Positions 39,238 to 52,860 of a DNA stretch of 64,000 bases are shown here, one piece after another (the first letter of the stretch is position 1; every line of letters starts with the position of its first letter). Source of the stretch: Octopus vulgaris (Eukaryota); contig OX597815.1 in assembly GCA_951406725.2 (NCBI GenBank), forward strand, positions 109,740,001 to 109,804,000. The letters run 5' to 3'. The translations under genes were made by a program, and so were the position numbers. A model generated the notes under the pieces. That model made no database searches, was not told the DNA's origin, and saw only the letters and a program-made list of their open reading frames with translations.

Positions 39238-41157
39238 GAAAAAGTCAACTGAGATAATTACGTTTTAAAAATTATATATCCGTTAGTGATTTTGGTGGTT
39301 TATAAAATACAGGTGCAACGTAGGTGTAGAAGCTGTGTGTGTATGTGTGTGTGTATGTGTGTGTGTGTGTACATGTCTGTGTTTCAAATGAAGAAATGCA
39401 TGCAGAAGTACACAGATATTAGTCTAAACACACATATAGGAACATACATATATATATAAATACACACATGTGCGAATTACACATATACTCACACACAGAG
39501 TCTTATAGATTTTTACAACAAAGTATTACAACAAATCTTTATACACACACGCACACACACACACATATATGTATACTTATATGTACATATATACACACAC
39601 GAATGTACATGCATATAGATAGATAGATATACATACATACATACATGCATGCATACATGCATACATACATACATACATACATACATACGTATGTATGTAC
39701 GTATTTTCATAAACACCCACTCACACACCCATGCATATATATTGTATAATTGAATATTTATGTTGGAATTATATATAAATGTGTGTGCGTGCGTGTGAAT
39801 GTTTGTTTATGCGTTATATATATATATGTGTATATATATATATATGTGTGTGTGTGTGTATTTTAGTGTGTATGCATTCAAAATAGAGAGCGAGGAATGG
39901 AGAGGAGGATGGTATGTGTCTTGACTGAATGAACACAAATTCCCTACCAAACAGTACTATCACCACCACCACTACCACCATCGAGACCGACACCATCACC
40001 ACCACCACCGCTACCCCCACCACCACCGCTACCCCCACCACCACTCGTACTGCCACACCCCATCTAAACAAGGCCAGGCAAATGAAGACGAGAGCTAATT
40101 AAAGCGGCAAAACGTTCTGCTAATGAAAAGCAAAATAGGAAGCGGTGAGAGGTAGGTTGAGGGAGAGTGCAGAGTCGTAAATAACGAACGAACAAAAGTA
40201 AAATAAAGAAAACAGAAAGCAACACCAAAAACAATAAAACAATAAAACAAATAAATGTATAATATGAAGCAAAACAAAAACAAAAAAAAGCACGATAATG
40301 AAATCAAATAATAGAAGATAAAGACAGTAAAAAATTATAGCAAGAAACATCATCGTGTATTCATAGTTTGATATTGTAATGATAATGATGATAATGATGT
40401 TGATGATGAAAATTGTAATAAGAATCAGGAGAACAGCAACAACAACAACAACTATAATATGACGATAATGCCAACAACAACAACAACAATAATAACAGCA
40501 AGTTACCGATTATAGCAAACAGAACAACAACGTCGACTTAGGATAGAACCGACGAGAGAAACGGTAACGATAACATAAAGAACTGCAACACCTTGATGAG
40601 AATAACAACGGAAGTTAACAATAGCAACAACAATAGCAACAACAATAGCAACAACAATAGCAACAACAATAACAACAACAATAACAACAACAAGTACAGG
40701 ACAGTAACGCCAACAATAAAACGGCAACAATGACAACAGAAATAACGACAGTTGCAACAACACTATACGACAATAACAACAACTGGAAGATGATAACTTA
40801 GAAGAACAACTGCAACTACAACAACAACAACAATAACGAAGGCAACAACAAAAAACGTCAACACAGTCAAACATCAACAACAACGGTAATGATTGTAACT
40901 GAGATTATTTCGCTAATGACGAATACGGTCGTTAGAATGAATTCTACTAAACAGTTTCAAGCGAGGAAAGAAAACAATACAAAAAAAAATATTAGTGAGA
41001 ATAACATTACTAATGTCAATAAGGACTAAAGACTAAAACTACTTCAGATTCGTTAATTCTGGAATTAACATACCAAAACAACAAGAAATGCATCTATTGT
41101 TTTTTTTTTGTTTTGTTTTTTCAAAATTCAAAGCAAAATTTGAAGAAAATAAATAAA

Positions 41158-41572
41158 GGCGTTGGAGTGGCCGTGTGGTAAGTAACTTGCTTACCAACCA
41201 CATGGTTCTGGGTTCAATCCCACTGCGTGGCACCTTGGGCAAGTGTCTTCTACTATAGCCTCGGGCCGACCAAAGCCTTGCGTGTGGATTTGGTAGACGG
41301 AAACTGAAAAAGCCCGTCGTATATATATATATTTATATGTGTTTGTGTGTGTGTGTGTGTTTACCTTTGTGTGTCTGTATTTGTCCCCCCAACATCGCTT
41401 GACAACCGATGCTGGTGTGTTTACGCCCCCGTCACTTAGCGGTTCGGCAAAACAGCCCGATAGAATAAGTACTAGGCTTACAAAGAATAAGTCCTGGCGT
41501 CGATTTGCTCGATTAAAGGCGGTGCTTCAGCATGGCCACAGTCAAATGACTGAAACAAGTAAAAGAGTAAAT
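41158..41572 (+). mobile_element. tRNA-derived SINE family B, full length (probably intronic to Sp6-9)
   Basis: GTGGCCGTGTGGTAAG (A box), GGTTCAATCCC (B box), CORE-like GGCACCTTGGGCAAGTG, internal (TA)(TG), tail GGCGGTGCTTCAGCATGGCCACAGTC..TGACTGAAACAAGTAAAAGA. Confidence 0.9.
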
Positions 41573-42276
41573 AAAATCTAACAATAATAATTGTTTCTAA
41601 CATAAGCAGAAAGCCTGAAATTTAAGGAGAGGTGTATCAATTATATCGACTCGAATTTCTTACTGGTAATATATTTTACTTTAGATTTCAACTCAAATCT
41701 TGTCTAGTTCACTTTCTGTCTCTCATCCCTCTGGTGTTGACAAAATAAAGTATCACACTCGGGTTGATGGAATCGACGTAGGCCCTCTCCTTAAATTGCC
41801 GAAATTAGAAACCGTAGTTCTTACATCATAGTCTTATTATCACTTTATGTAGCTAGAATGTACTAGATTTTACTTTAGGTTCCGTAGCCTATGTCACTAC
41901 AATGGTGCTGGTGAAATGGCAGAAAACAATGACCACTCAGTTCCTCGTGCAATACTCTAATCAATGGGAAATACATTCCTCCTGCATGAAGAATGTTTTA
42001 GAGACACACATACGCGCATTTATTACAAACACTATCACATCTTTGTAGTGCCAACAATCGATGTACGAGTGTGTGCGTGTATTTGTGGGATTTTGCTCGT
42101 GTGTTCGCGTTCTTATGTATGAATTTTGCATGTGATTTTTTGTGTTACTGTGTGATTGAATATGAGTATGAGTGTGCGTGTGTGTGTGTGTGTGTGTGTG
42201 TTGAGGGTGGGGAAGTGTGTCTCTGAATATATTTAATGTATTTAAAGCAGTTTTTTTCCTAATTGAGCAAGAATTC

Positions 42277-42302
42277 ATTCTTTTCTTTTCTTGTCGTTTC
42301 AG
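42277..42302 (+). promoter_or_regulatory. 3' splice acceptor of the Sp6-9 main exon
   Basis: attcttttcttttcttgtcgtttcAG directly before in-frame GAC CGG CAT. Confidence 0.8.
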
Positions 42303-43514
42303 GACCGGCATCCGTTCACGAACATCTCCTTGGATGTATTACCACCATCCTGTAGCAAACTTAGCACGGTAAATGGTCCGGGAATTATGGAAGAAACTGT
42401 TGGAAAAGGATTTCAACCATGGAAGCGAGAAAACTGTTCTGTTGACAGCACGGCTACCTCTCCATATGTGTCACCATTAGTGACACCTCTCAGTAATACA
42501 AGTACAGACTTGATCTATTCCAGAAATAATGCTTTGGCACCTTGTTCAGGTACATACACCAGTGACATATGCTGTCCAACCACGGCAACATTTAGTCATG
42601 CAGAAGGTGACTACTCATCCGCTTGGATGCACAAATTAAATGATGATAATGCACTGGGTGCCTCCAGCTTCCAAAGTATATATCATCGTGTGTCCCAGAT
42701 CCGTAGTCATCAACCTGACTCTCTGACGCTACATTTACCTGGCAGCCGAAGCCACAATCTGGGACATGAAAACACATCAGTGGTAAATTCCACCTCAGCT
42801 TGGTGGGACCTGCAAAAATCTCCCTCGAAATGGTTATCAGAAGACGCTAACAAAGCGGGCCGTATCTGCGGACAAATTGCCACCGGCTATCCAACTAGCA
42901 ATTTGATGACTCTCGGAACAAAGTCAAACTATCTTACTCCTGCTCAAAGTATTCTTCCAGACACGTACAAATCAATAGTCTCCTCTCGTTACGAGATTGG
43001 TTCTACAAATGTGACGTCATACCTGAGCCCGTCTCGTATATCTGGTATCAGTAACAACCGTTCCCAGAAAAGATATTCGGGTCGTGGTAGTTGCGATTGC
43101 CCAAACTGTCAAGAAGCCGATCGTCTAGGACCAGCCGGCGAGCACCTACGCAAAAATAACGTGCATAGTTGTCATGTTCCTGGATGCGGCAAGGTATACA
43201 ACAAGACGTCCCACCTGAAGGCCCATCTCCGCTGGCATACGGGTGAGCGTCCATTCATTTGTAACTGGTTGTTCTGTGGCAAAAGGTTCACCCGCTCCGA
43301 CGAGTTGCAGCGCCATCAGAGAACACATACAGGAGAAAAAAGGTTTGCGTGTCCCGTGTGTGACAAGCGTTTTCTAAGGAGCGACCATCTTAGCAAGCAC
43401 GTGAAAACGCATAATGCAAATGATGGTAGGAAGTCAGCTGGCAGTGATTCTGGGACCAATGCGGCTGACGGAAACGCCAGCAATGGTAGCTCTGCGGCAG
43501 TAAAAACTGGTTAA
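42303..43514 (+). CDS. Sp6-9: Sp6-9 (Sp8/Sp9-like) zinc-finger transcription factor, main/terminal coding exon (5' exon not located)
   Basis: The only long complex ORF (42291..43514). It carries KGFQPWKR and WWD motifs typical of Sp6-9, a Btd box CDCPNCQE (~43092) and three C2H2 fingers ([67 protein letters not shown]) with TGERP/TGEKR linkers. A polypyrimidine tract plus CAG acceptor ends at 42302 (phase 0), so the ORF-track TTG start is probably intronic. Stop TAA 43512-43514. Confidence 0.95.
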   Translation, partial: DRHPFTNISLDVLPPSCSKLSTVNGPGIMEETVGKGFQPWKRENCSVDSTATSPYVSPLVTPLSNTSTDLIYSRNNALAPCSGTYTSDICCPTTATFSHAEGDYSSAWMHKLNDDNALGASSFQSIYHRVSQIRSHQPDSLTLHLPGSRSHNLGHENTSVVNSTSAWWDLQKSPSKWLSEDANKAGRICGQIATGYPTSNLMTLGTKSNYLTPAQSILPDTYKSIVSSRYEIGSTNVTSYLSPSRISGISNNRSQKRYSGRGSCDCPNCQEADRLGPAGEHLRKNNVHSCHVPGCGKVYNKTSHLKAHLRWHTGERPFICNWLFCGKRFTRSDELQRHQRTHTGEKRFACPVCDKRFLRSDHLSKHVKTHNANDGRKSAGSDSGTNAADGNASNGSSAAVKTG

Positions 43515-43834
43515 AAAAAAGTTTCAATACTGTAAAAAAGAAAATTATAATAATTATTATAATAATAATTATGAAGTAAACGGAAACTTCAAGATGATAA
43601 AAATCGAAATAAGAAAACAAAAGAAAAAAGTAAACAAACTACTAAAACAAACAAAAATATAAAACAATGGAAAAAATCAAATGAGATCTTAAATCATTCG
43701 TTAAAGCTCGAGAAAATGCTTCTCTGTGGGAGCAAATAGAAATTGTGTGAATGGTAAATATTAATAATAATTAAAATTATAATAACCATAATCATAATAA
43801 TGATGATTTCTTTATTAATAATAATAATTGCTTT

Positions 43835-43840
43835 AATAAA
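43835..43840 (+). promoter_or_regulatory. candidate polyadenylation signal of Sp6-9
   Basis: AATAAA ~320 nt after the stop; several more follow (~43867, 44101-44114), and the region is AT-rich, so specificity is weak. Confidence 0.25.
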
Positions 43841-44300
43841 ATAACAACAACAATAATAATAACTTTAATAAATGTGGAAATGACAATGAGGAAGGGTGGG
43901 TGGGAAGTTGATATAAGACAGAAATTAAACAAACGGGAGGAAGGGAAAATTTGATGGAACTTAAAAAAAAAATTGCTGAGTAATACATTAAAAGAAACAC
44001 AACAACAACAACAACAATCACAACAACAACAACAACAACATTGAAGAAGACCATCAACAGCATTAAGAGCTTTTGAAAGCTATAAACATAAAAGTAGAGA
44101 AATAAATAAATAAAAAAAGGATAAATTATTGAAAATAAGTACTGGCAAAATGGAATTGATAACTGTCAAACAGTCAATCAGTAAAATTGAAAACCGAGAA
44201 AAATAGAAACCCTTAAAAAATTATGAAAAGTGAAAAACGATCACAAAAGAGGAAAGAAAAACAGGACACACACAAACACACAAAACATACACATACACAC

Positions 44301-44370
<70 letters not shown>

Positions 44371-44689
44371 GCACGCTCACACCTACACATACTCACACAC
44401 ACACACACACACACATTAGCGAGGCACAGGAGGGACATAGCTCGAATAATGTCTGCTTGCTTGTTGTTGTATCTTTTTAACAGCAATTCTTACGGTTAAG
44501 AGGGGGAAATTGGAAAAAAATCGCTTATAAAAACAGAACGGAAATAATTAAAGAGACAAACATGCTAAATTCCGCTGCCGAAGATGAACACATCATGCAC
44601 ACTCTCACACAAATAGGCATACACATACACACATGCATGCATACATAAATACATACACACATATATAAATACAAATATTTAATGCATAT

Positions 44690-44812
44690 ATATATATATA
44701 TATGTAAAGAAATGTATATATATATATATATATATATACATACACACGTAGAAAAAGATGTATATATACGTGTATATATATATATATGAATGTATTTATG
44801 TATGTATATATG

Positions 44813-44863
<51 letters not shown>

Positions 44864-44867
44864 GTAC

Positions 44868-44900
<33 letters not shown>

Positions 44901-44904
44901 GTAC

Positions 44905-44993
<89 letters not shown>

Positions 44994-44994
44994 C

Positions 44995-45037
<43 letters not shown>

Positions 45038-45137
45038 TATATATATATGTATATGGTGCTATCACCAGGTGGTGCTATTAAGTAGACATGGCCTGGGCCA
45101 TAATGGCCGAAACCTATCAAAGTATCAAAGTATCAAA

Positions 45138-45234
<97 letters not shown>

Positions 45235-45413
45235 CATGTATATGGCAGACGGACTATTGTGACATTACAGCATAACATTTGCCTATAACATTTACATTTA
45301 TATATTTGCATTGCAACAATCATAACAATTTCATCGTCTACAAAAACATCAACAGTAACAAAAATAATAAAAAAGACTGATAAATTAAACTCGCAATAAT
45401 AATAATAATGATG

Positions 45414-45446
<33 letters not shown>

Positions 45447-45460
45447 GCAATAATAATAAT

Positions 45461-45508
<48 letters not shown>

Positions 45509-45530
45509 AACAATAGCAATAATAATAATG

Positions 45531-45564
<34 letters not shown>

Positions 45565-45600
45565 TAGCAATAATAATAGCAATAATAATAATAATAATGA
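44690..45600. repeat. compound (TA)n and (AAT)n microsatellite block
   Basis: Directly visible. Confidence 0.95.
45055..45140 (+). mobile_element. short LINE-like 3' end inserted in (TA)n
   Basis: Stem-loop GGCC-ATAAT-GGCC followed by an 8-bp tandem tail (TATCAAAG)3. Confidence 0.55.
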
Positions 45601-45709
45601 TTATTGATGAAGAAAGTTGATAAAGATTGCTTAGAATAAAATTCAGTATTGACAACGATTGAAGTTTTGTGTGCGTGCGTGCGTGTGTGTATACAGGTAT
45701 GTATGTATG

Positions 45710-45754
<45 letters not shown>

Positions 45755-45964
45755 GCACAGATAAATAGACAAATTACAAAATCAATGAAGAAGTGGTATG
45801 GAAATATCAAAGCAACTGAATTTGTTTGTTTTGTTTTATTATTCTTTTTTTTTCTTTTCTGTGTGTATGTTTGCGTATATAAGTTTGTGTGTGCGAACAA
45901 TTTTCTTCTGTTAAGAAATTTTTTTTATATTAATAAAATAATTGCATTATAACAGAAAAGTGAA

Positions 45965-46071
<107 letters not shown>

Positions 46072-46630
46072 TGATGATGATGATGATAATAGCTCGATGC
46101 TTGGATTTTTTTTCTTTTCCAACAGTCTAATCTGTTTGTATAAGAATAATAATCCTATAACATTAAAAAGTGAAAATATTTCACTCTATTTCAGCAAATT
46201 AAGTAACTGCAATGTTTTAATGTAGCGGATGGAGAACAAATTTAGTGGAGGGTTTCATAAAATACCTCTAGGTATTTGGTTACGTCCCTGTACGTTCTGT
46301 GCATATATTTGAAATCTGGCTCCCGTTTACTTCGGCGTTTGTTTTTTTCGGAAATCGTTAAATTAAGCTATCAATCGATAAAATAATTATTGGAAACAAT
46401 ATAATTTGACTATATTTTATTAGCAGCTACACCAGCTTATCCACAGTCCCATTCCTGAAATTGATGAAATATTAACAACCATGGCATTAGCAACATGTAA
46501 AAAGAAATAGACTCAAGCTCCAAACTTTAATCGCTTAAATAATCTAGAATTTTAAAACAAACTATATTGTTATATGATTTAACATTATTCATATTAATTG
46601 TGTTCCTATATACAATATTAAGGTGTCGAA

Positions 46631-49470
46631 AGGCGGCGAGCTGGCAGAAACGTTAGCACGCCGGCGAAATGCGTAGCCCTACTTCGTCTGCCGTTACGTT
46701 CTGAGTTCAAATTCCACCGAGGTCGACTTTGCCTTTCATCCATTCGGGGTCGATAAATTAAGTACCAGTTACGCACTGGGGTGGATGTAATCGACTTAAT
46801 CCGTTTGTCTGTCCTTGTTTGTCCTCTCTGTGTTTATCTCCTTGTAGGTAGTAAAGAAATAGAAATAGGTATTTCGTCCGTCTTTACGTTCTGACTTCAA
46901 ATTCCGCCGAGGTCGACTTTGCCTTTCATCCTTTTGGGGTCGATAAATTAAGTACCGGCTGCGTACTGGAGTCGATATAATCGAGCTGGCAGAACCATAA
47001 GGGCTTCGTTGAAAATACCTCTCAGTAGCTGTCTCGGCTCTTTGCATTCTCAGTTCAAATCTTGCCTAAGTTGACATTGCATTTCATCTTTCTGGAGTTC
47101 ATTAAATAACGTACAAGTTATATACTAGGGTCGATAGCGTCGTTTTACTCTTTCCCTTCAAAATTGCTGGCATTGTACCTAAATCAGGTATCATTATTAT
47201 TAAGGTAGATAAGGAGGCGAGCTGGCAGAATCGTTAGCACGCTAGGCAAAATGCTTCGCGGTATTTCGTCTGTCTTTAAGTTCTGAGTTTAAATTCTACC
47301 GAGGACCACTTTACCTTTCATCCTTTCGGGGTTGATAAATTAAATAACAGTGAGACACTGAGTATATGTAATCAACTAGTCTCCATCACCAAAGTTTCAG
47401 GCCTTGTGCCTTTAGTTGAAATGATTATTATTGATGTGAGGAAGTTGGTGAGCTTGTAGAATCGTTAGTACGCGGACAAAATTCTTAGCAGATTTTCTTC
47501 CGTTTTTACGTCGTGAGTTCAAATTCTGCCGAGGTCAACTTTACCTTTCATCCTTCTGGGGGTGATAACATTAATACCAATTGAGAACTGGGGTCGATGT
47601 AATCGATTAATCTCCTTACCGTAAATAGTTCAGATCTTGTGCGTATAAGAGAAAGGATTATTTGTAAGATGGCAAGCCGAGGGAATTGTTAAAGCGACAA
47701 AAAAATGCCATGAACTGTCTGCTCTGGCTCTTTACGTCCTGAAATAATCTCCCACAGAGTTCAGCCTTGTATCTCATCCTTTCGAAGTCGTTATAATAAA
47801 GTACTAGTCTAAGAAATGGTGTCGGTATTATCGACTACTCTTCTCCTTTCAAAATAACTGGCCTTGTGCCAAATATTGGAAAGAATTATTATTATTCATA
47901 TGATAAATCGACAGAATCGTTATATCATCGGACGAAATGCTTAGCAGCATATCTTCCGACTCTTAGCAGCATATCTTCCGAGAAATGCTTTCTACATTCT
48001 GAGTTCAAATCCCGATGAGGTCAACTTTGCCATTCAGGATACTTTAAATAAAGTACCAGTCAAGTACTGGAACGATGGTATCGACTAATCTCTTTCCTTA
48101 AAATTTGCTGTGCTTGTCTTTAAAACAGAAGCTGCTGCTCTTACTACTCTAAAGTTAGTGGCTGATAGGAATGGCAGAGTGGGACAAAAAAGACCTTGCG
48201 ATATTTTTTCCAGTTCCGTATGTTATGAGCTCAAATCTTGCTGATGTCAATTTAGCATTTCATCCCTTGGGAGTTGATAAAGTATCAGTCAAGTACTGGC
48301 GACGATATTATCGACAATCAACTCCACCCCAATTGATAGCTTTATATTAAGGTCAGTGGATGTCAGAACTGATAGAGGTATGGACAAATCTTTACTGTAT
48401 TTAGTAATGTCTCTTTAACTTCTGAGTTCAAATCACACTGATCTAAACTCTGCCTTTCTTCTTTCCGAGTTCGATAAAGTAAATATGTGTCATCCTCCCA
48501 CAAATAAATGTGAGCTCTGTAGTAATTGGTTATTTTTAAGATAGTCGACATATTTAAAAAGGCGTCAGATAAAATTTGTAACTGCTTTAGTTACAGGCGT
48601 TTCCATTGTGAGTTTAACCACGCAGCAGTACACTTCACTATTCATTTGTCAAGTTTGAAATATAATAGATATATAACAACCAGTCAAATAGAAACAATGT
48701 AAGTGAAGGTACACCGATGTCCAGCCCTCAAATATCTGGCCTTGTTGCTGTGGTAGAAAACAATACTATTAATATTATTCTTATGACCAAGGCGATGAGT
48801 TGGCAGAATTGTTAGCACGCCGGTCAAAATGCTTAGCAGCATTTCGTCCGTCTGTACTTTCTGAGTTCAAATACCACCGACGTCGACTTTACCTTTCCTC
48901 CTTTCGGGGTCGATAAAATAAACACCAGTTAAAAACTGGTCGATGTAATCGATTTATCTTCCCTCGAAATTCCTGGCATTGGGACTATAGTAGAAAGGAA
49001 TATTATCATTGTTACCAAGACGGCAACCTGGCAGAATCATTAGCGCGTCGGATGAAATGCTAGGCGGCATTTCGTCTGTTTGCTCTGTGTTCAAATTCCG
49101 TAGAGATCGACTTTGTTTTTCAGCCTTCCAGGTTCGATGATAAAAGTACCAGTTACACACTGGTATCGTTGTAATCGACAAGCACCTCTCCCAAATCCCA
49201 GGCCTTGTGTCTATAGTAAAAAGGATTAATATATTATTGTGACGCAGGCGAAGAGCTGGCAGAAATGTTCGCGAGTGGAAGAATCTACTTAAAGAGGTTT
49301 CTTCCGGCTCTTTACTTTCTGATTTCAAATCCCACCCAGATCAGCTTTGCCTTTCATTCTTCTAGGGCCGTTAAAATGAATACCAGTTTAGCAAGTGGGT
49401 CAATGCAATCTACTTACCCCTCCACCTAAAATTGCTGGCCTTGTGCCAAAATTTGAAACCGTTATTATTA
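46631..49470 (+). repeat. head-to-tail array of ~12-13 degenerate tRNA-derived SINE (family A) units, ~220-bp period
   Basis: Recurrent GGCGAGCTGGCAGAA..TTAGC..GAGTTCAAAT..GAGGTCGACTTTGCCTTTCATCC..GGCCTTGTGCC..ATTATT; unit starts near 46631, 46868, 46981, 47215, 47448, 47670, 47900, 48155, 48352, 48540, 48790, 49020, 49247. Confidence 0.9.
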
Positions 49471-50339
49471 TTGTGACTGTTGTTGTTTGCAAAAATATTT
49501 AAACTAAGTATGTTTTTAATGTTTTTTAAAACGATTTTTTTTTTCGTTTTCAAGCTAAAAATTATCTTTGGTCACCATGACAGACTGACAACAAAATAAG
49601 ACAGAATTACAGACCACACATGCACGACAACAACTACAACAAAATTACAACAACGACAGCACACTGAGTAAAACAACACAGAAAAAAAACAACAATAATA
49701 AAAAAAAACAATAGTTGATATCTAAAACAAATAAAAAGAACAGTAAATGAAAAAAAATATTTCTAAAAGAAAAACAAATCAAACGAAATGTAAAAGAAAG
49801 TAAAAAAATAATAAAGTGGAATCTAACTCCAGTCCTGACGGGAAAAGAAAGCAGGATAAAAGAAAAGACAATAAGAAGCAACTTAAAAAAAAAACATGAA
49901 CAATTATATACAAAATCGAAGTTATGAATAAACCAGTAAATAAATGAATACATCATGAAGGAATATCCTATGAAAATATGTTTTGTCTTATTTTATTTTG
50001 CTTTTCTGCTTTTTTTTTTATTTTCTAATTCTGACTTCTTTTCCATATTATGCGCACATTTCTATCCCTTCTCGGGTGAAACGTTAATCATAATAATTAT
50101 TTGTACTTTTCTTTATAAGTTTTTACACACACACACACACACACACACATATAAATATATAAGTAGATATATGTGTATATGTGTGTGTATGTAAAACTCA
50201 ATTCTAGGGTTGAATGTAAGATAAATTTATGTACTTTAAATTGAAATTGTGAAAAAGTTACATGCTGATGTTTCTCTTTCAAGTTATCATTTTCCCCACT
50301 TTTCAGTATTTACACTTATACAGAATAAATACACACACA

Positions 50340-50472
<133 letters not shown>

Positions 50473-50500
50473 GTATGTATGTATATATATGTATATATAT

Positions 50501-50563
<63 letters not shown>

Positions 50564-50654
50564 AATGGCAAGACAACAAAAGAATGAAAGAGACCTTCAT
50601 ATTATGTAAAGACAGGAATTTATCTGTAAATATATTATGTGACACTTATTCGGT

Positions 50655-50720
50655 AGCCATGATAAAAATCCAAGTTTCGGATGTCGGAGTGGAAACCCAT
50701 GTCGGCATCCCTTCAGGCAT
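50655..50720 (-). ncRNA. hammerhead-ribozyme-like motif (degenerate) at PLE 3' end
   Basis: Minus strand CTGAAGG-GATGCCG..CCGACATCC-GAAAC-TTGGATTTT; stem II pairs; core variant. Confidence 0.45.
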
Positions 50721-51482
50721 CGAAAAAAATGTTATGAAAATGACCGTTAAAACAAAGGGAAATTACTGTGTGATTGACTGTTATTGAGGCAAAAGAGCTA
50801 TAAGAATGACCGTTAAGTAAAGGTAAGGGAGTAAAAATGTTCATAGCAATCACGTAAGCGCGCATGTCCATACACATGTGCGCCTTCACACACGCGTACA
50901 TGTGTCTATATGTATATACTCATCCACCCTCACTTGAAATACACACATGCTCACCCACACATTCGCCAAAAATATATACATACCTGCATACACGCTCGTA
51001 CACACTCGCGCGCACAAAAAAGATTCATACACACGTCTATATACGCACATGCACAAGAAAAAACAGGGTTAAATACAAAATACAGAAAAATGTGTTAAAA
51101 AAGTGCAAAAAATATGCAATAAGAGTAAAACACGTCTATATACGCACATACTCGCATGCACGGACACACACACACGTCTGTATACGCACATAGCCGCACA
51201 CGTGCGCACAAAAAATTCCCTATACACGTCTATATACGCACAGGAAAAATGCAGGGTGGAAGGTAGAATACAGAAAAGTTATGTGTGAAAAAATATATGA
51301 GCAATAAAACTATAAACCAAGATCTCTATAAATATGTAAAAAAAATATATTAAAAATATGTAAGAGATATAAGTAAAAAGTATAGAGAGGTAAAAAACTT
51401 GTATGTGGACACAATATAGAAAACAAGTCCTATCTGTAATCTGGGGGAGGAGGGGACAAAAAACGTAACAAATATTTAGCCA

Positions 51483-52860
51483 CTAGTGGACATGAACCGA
51501 GAAGTTCAGTTCTTGAACTAAGACATGTGGCGGGGGTCTAGCTGCTTTTCCAGATATGCCATTTTTCCATATCACTAAGACCGCAGTTCTTCCAATGGAA
51601 TTGTAACTGACACCTTTATCTTTTAAAGACCATATATGACTGGATAATTTGGTCGTTTTCCTTTTATCCCAGTGCCTGAAGCTCAAAGTGTGATTATTGA
51701 ACCTAGCCTTGAAATTACACACTGTAAGGCCCACGTATTTCTTCGTCGAAACCGTGTCCTTAATGGATATAGAGTCCACGGTAGTTTCATTGATAATGGT
51801 CTCGGACATGCAAGCTCCATTTAGCGGGCACAAATTTTAATCCCTGCATGAACAGCTGGTTTCGTATTGTGGTTTTTGTGTGTTGTGTGCGATTATATTT
51901 TTAAAATTAGTATTTGAGCTGAAACTGATTTTTAAGTTATGTATATTGAAGAGCTTTCTGTAACTATGGTTCACTGGAAAATGTCTATCTGTCAGTGCTA
52001 AGAAATTCTTGCCTATATTAAAGGTCACTTCGGGTGAGTAGGCGGGTGTGAACCAGATAGTTTTCCTATTCCTATGTTTCCTTTTCTTTATTGTTGGACT
52101 GGTGGCAGGTGTATAGGTTATTTCCTCGCTAAATCCTCTATCTTTTAGAGCTTTATTATATACTGGGACAACGCTATTAAGAATGTCCCTATCGGAGAAG
52201 AGGCTAGAAATTCTTTTGCTAATGTTTTTAACTAAATTTTTAAACACTATGGGGGGATGGCAGGAACCCACATTAATATAACTAAGTCTGTCGTTAGTTT
52301 TCCTATAAGGTTTATGAATATTCTTATTTAGATCTAAGGATACATCTAGGAAATTGACAACCGTCACATTGCTGTATGTAGTTATGCTAAGACCGAAAGT
52401 TTTCATCAAATAGATGATGTCCTTCCTAAACCGATCCTATACTGGTCCATTGGTATTTGCGGTTAAAGTTAGGGCATCATCTTTGTAAATGGTGTAGTAT
52501 ACGTCAGGACAAGTCTTGCCCAAAGTATCGAGTAGGAACAGTTCAATAAGATCGCATATGCCTGCTCCATCATATGACCCCATGCTCACATCGAAAGCAC
52601 CATCTGTATCGGTAGTCTTGACCCACTCTGCGATATCGCTGAAGAGTAAAGTCTTTCTAGCATGGAAGATTATGTCCTTATCCTGTGTACTGTTATCTAT
52701 GAATTTGCTTGCAAAGGTGAGGGCCTTATCTAGCAGTTCCTTAGAGATAGAGGCATAAAAATCGACAATATCGAATTGCGTGAATCTCGCTTTATTCTTA
52801 AACTTAATGGCTTTAAACCAGTCAACATCTTCTATACTATTGGACCATTGTACTAACCTT
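51483..52860 (-). pseudogene. PLE reverse transcriptase/GIY-YIG endonuclease, 5'-truncated with stops and frameshifts
   Basis: Minus-strand translation gives QWSNSIEDVDWFKAI..FTQFDIVDFYASIS, FDVSMGSYDGAGICDL, IYKDDAL, VNFLDVSL..YRK..YINVGSCHPP, then CPLNGAC..KKYVGLT..FKARFNNH (GIY-YIG). Confidence 0.9.

Noticed and set aside
42291-42302. ORF-track TTG start of the Sp protein
   Set aside because: Lies in a polypyrimidine tract/acceptor; better explained as intron end
44525-45772. Long YI/I-rich ORFs, and similar ORFs across the window
   Set aside because: Artefacts of stop-free (TA)n, (AAT)n and (TATG)n frames
46631-49470. CRISPR-like regular array
   Set aside because: Units are ~220-bp degenerate SINEs with homologous interiors; no short identical repeats with unique spacers, no cas genes, eukaryotic context
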